A DNA stretch of 20,000 nucleotides from Spirogloea muscicola (lineage: Eukaryota). The DNA is taken from the NCBI GenBank assembly GCA_009602725.1, contig WELB01000002.1:251228-271227 (forward strand), written 5' to 3'. A model generated the notes under the pieces. That model made no database searches and was not told the DNA's origin. It saw only the letters and a program-made list of their open reading frames with translations. Below are positions 19,239 through 20,000 of this stretch, piece after piece. Position numbers and translations under genes: made by a program. Numbering within the stretch: the first letter of the stretch is position 1; each line of letters starts with the position of its first letter.

Positions 19239-20000
19239 TCAGGACGCGAGGGCGAGGATGAGCAGCGCGGCGCCAATGGGCGCCATGGACCCATCAACGG
19301 CAGCCTGGAGCTTGTCCTGTGGCAGCGGGCCCGGTGCCCTCGTGGCACGCCACAGCGGCAATGCCAGCGCATAGGCTGGGAGCAGCGCAAGTGCGCCGGC
19401 TGCCCGCATAAACAGCGGCGCCGACGCTGCCGCTAGCGCCCAGATCTGCAAGAAGGCATACGGCCAGTCGTGCTTGTTGGGCTTCAGAGATCACACTTGG
19501 CAGATGGGTGCTTCTATTCCACAAGGGAAAGCGGAGAGAGTGAGAGAGGGAGGAGGAAAGAGGAGGAAGGGAAAGTGGGTATGGACGAGGGTGGGAGAGA
19601 GAGAGGGGGGGAGAGGGGGAGGGAGGGAGGGAATGGAGTGTGTATTGAGTGATGGACGGCCTGAGTGGTTCAGTACAAAGGCAAGCACAGTGACAGGTGT
19701 ACATCACCTGCCGCTAAGCTGACCCGCTAATTAACCACAAGTCAGCACAGCTCAGTAACCACGAATTAGCACATAGAGGTAGCTAAGTGATGCCCGAAAG
19801 GGGTGAGAGAAGACAGAGGATAGTGGAGAGATAAAGGTAACCAGAGGATGAGAGAGGAAGAGGGGAAGGAAGAAAAGATTTGGCTAAAGTTATGGTTCTC
19901 ACCAGAGCGGCATGGCCGGCGAGCAGCGCGACGGCGGCAACGGCGAGGCCGGCGCGGGCTCCGAATGCAACGGGCAGCGTGCGGACGCCGGCGGCGGCGT
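19239..20000 (-). CDS. UbiA-superfamily membrane prenyltransferase, last two exons; the gene continues past the right edge
   Basis: Exon 20000-19903 (x)AAAGVRTLPVAFGARAGLAVAAVALLAGHAAL matches the G..TLPV..G motif that follows the second Asp-rich motif of UbiA proteins. It has a GTGAG donor and splices in phase 0 to exon 19445-19239 (hydrophobic helices, TGA). Confidence 0.7.
19525..19880. repeat. GA-rich low-complexity tracts in the UbiA-like intron
   Basis: Polypurine runs at about 19525-19635 and 19800-19878. Confidence 0.7.

Overview
Eukaryotic, intron-rich DNA from the green-plant lineage. A streptophyte alga or early-diverging plant is inferred from the gene content and structure, not proven. 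Left to right: (1) the 5' part of a secreted plant-type LRR receptor-like gene on the minus strand (signal peptide, LRRNT cap, mostly one 72-nt LRR per exon, 16 exons visible, running off the left edge); (2) a ~6.5 kb pile-up (about 4470-10970) of roughly 16 short, 5'-truncated 3' ends of CRE-like (restriction-like endonuclease, RLE) non-LTR retrotransposons from at least six subfamilies. They are nested up to four deep with readable target-site duplications and share a 3'-UTR stem-loop and a (TTCT)n tail. In the middle, two copies of a ~300 bp TIR element, each joined to the same CRE subfamily, face each other across an N-gap; (3) five orphan plus-strand LRR exons, the first cut off by a retrotransposon gag-like fragment; (4) a 7-exon FH1-FH2 formin with no recognisable N-terminal module; (5) an interlocked micro-inversion; (6) the last two exons of a UbiA-family prenyltransferase on the minus strand. 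All alignments and exon calls were made by eye. No database searches were run.
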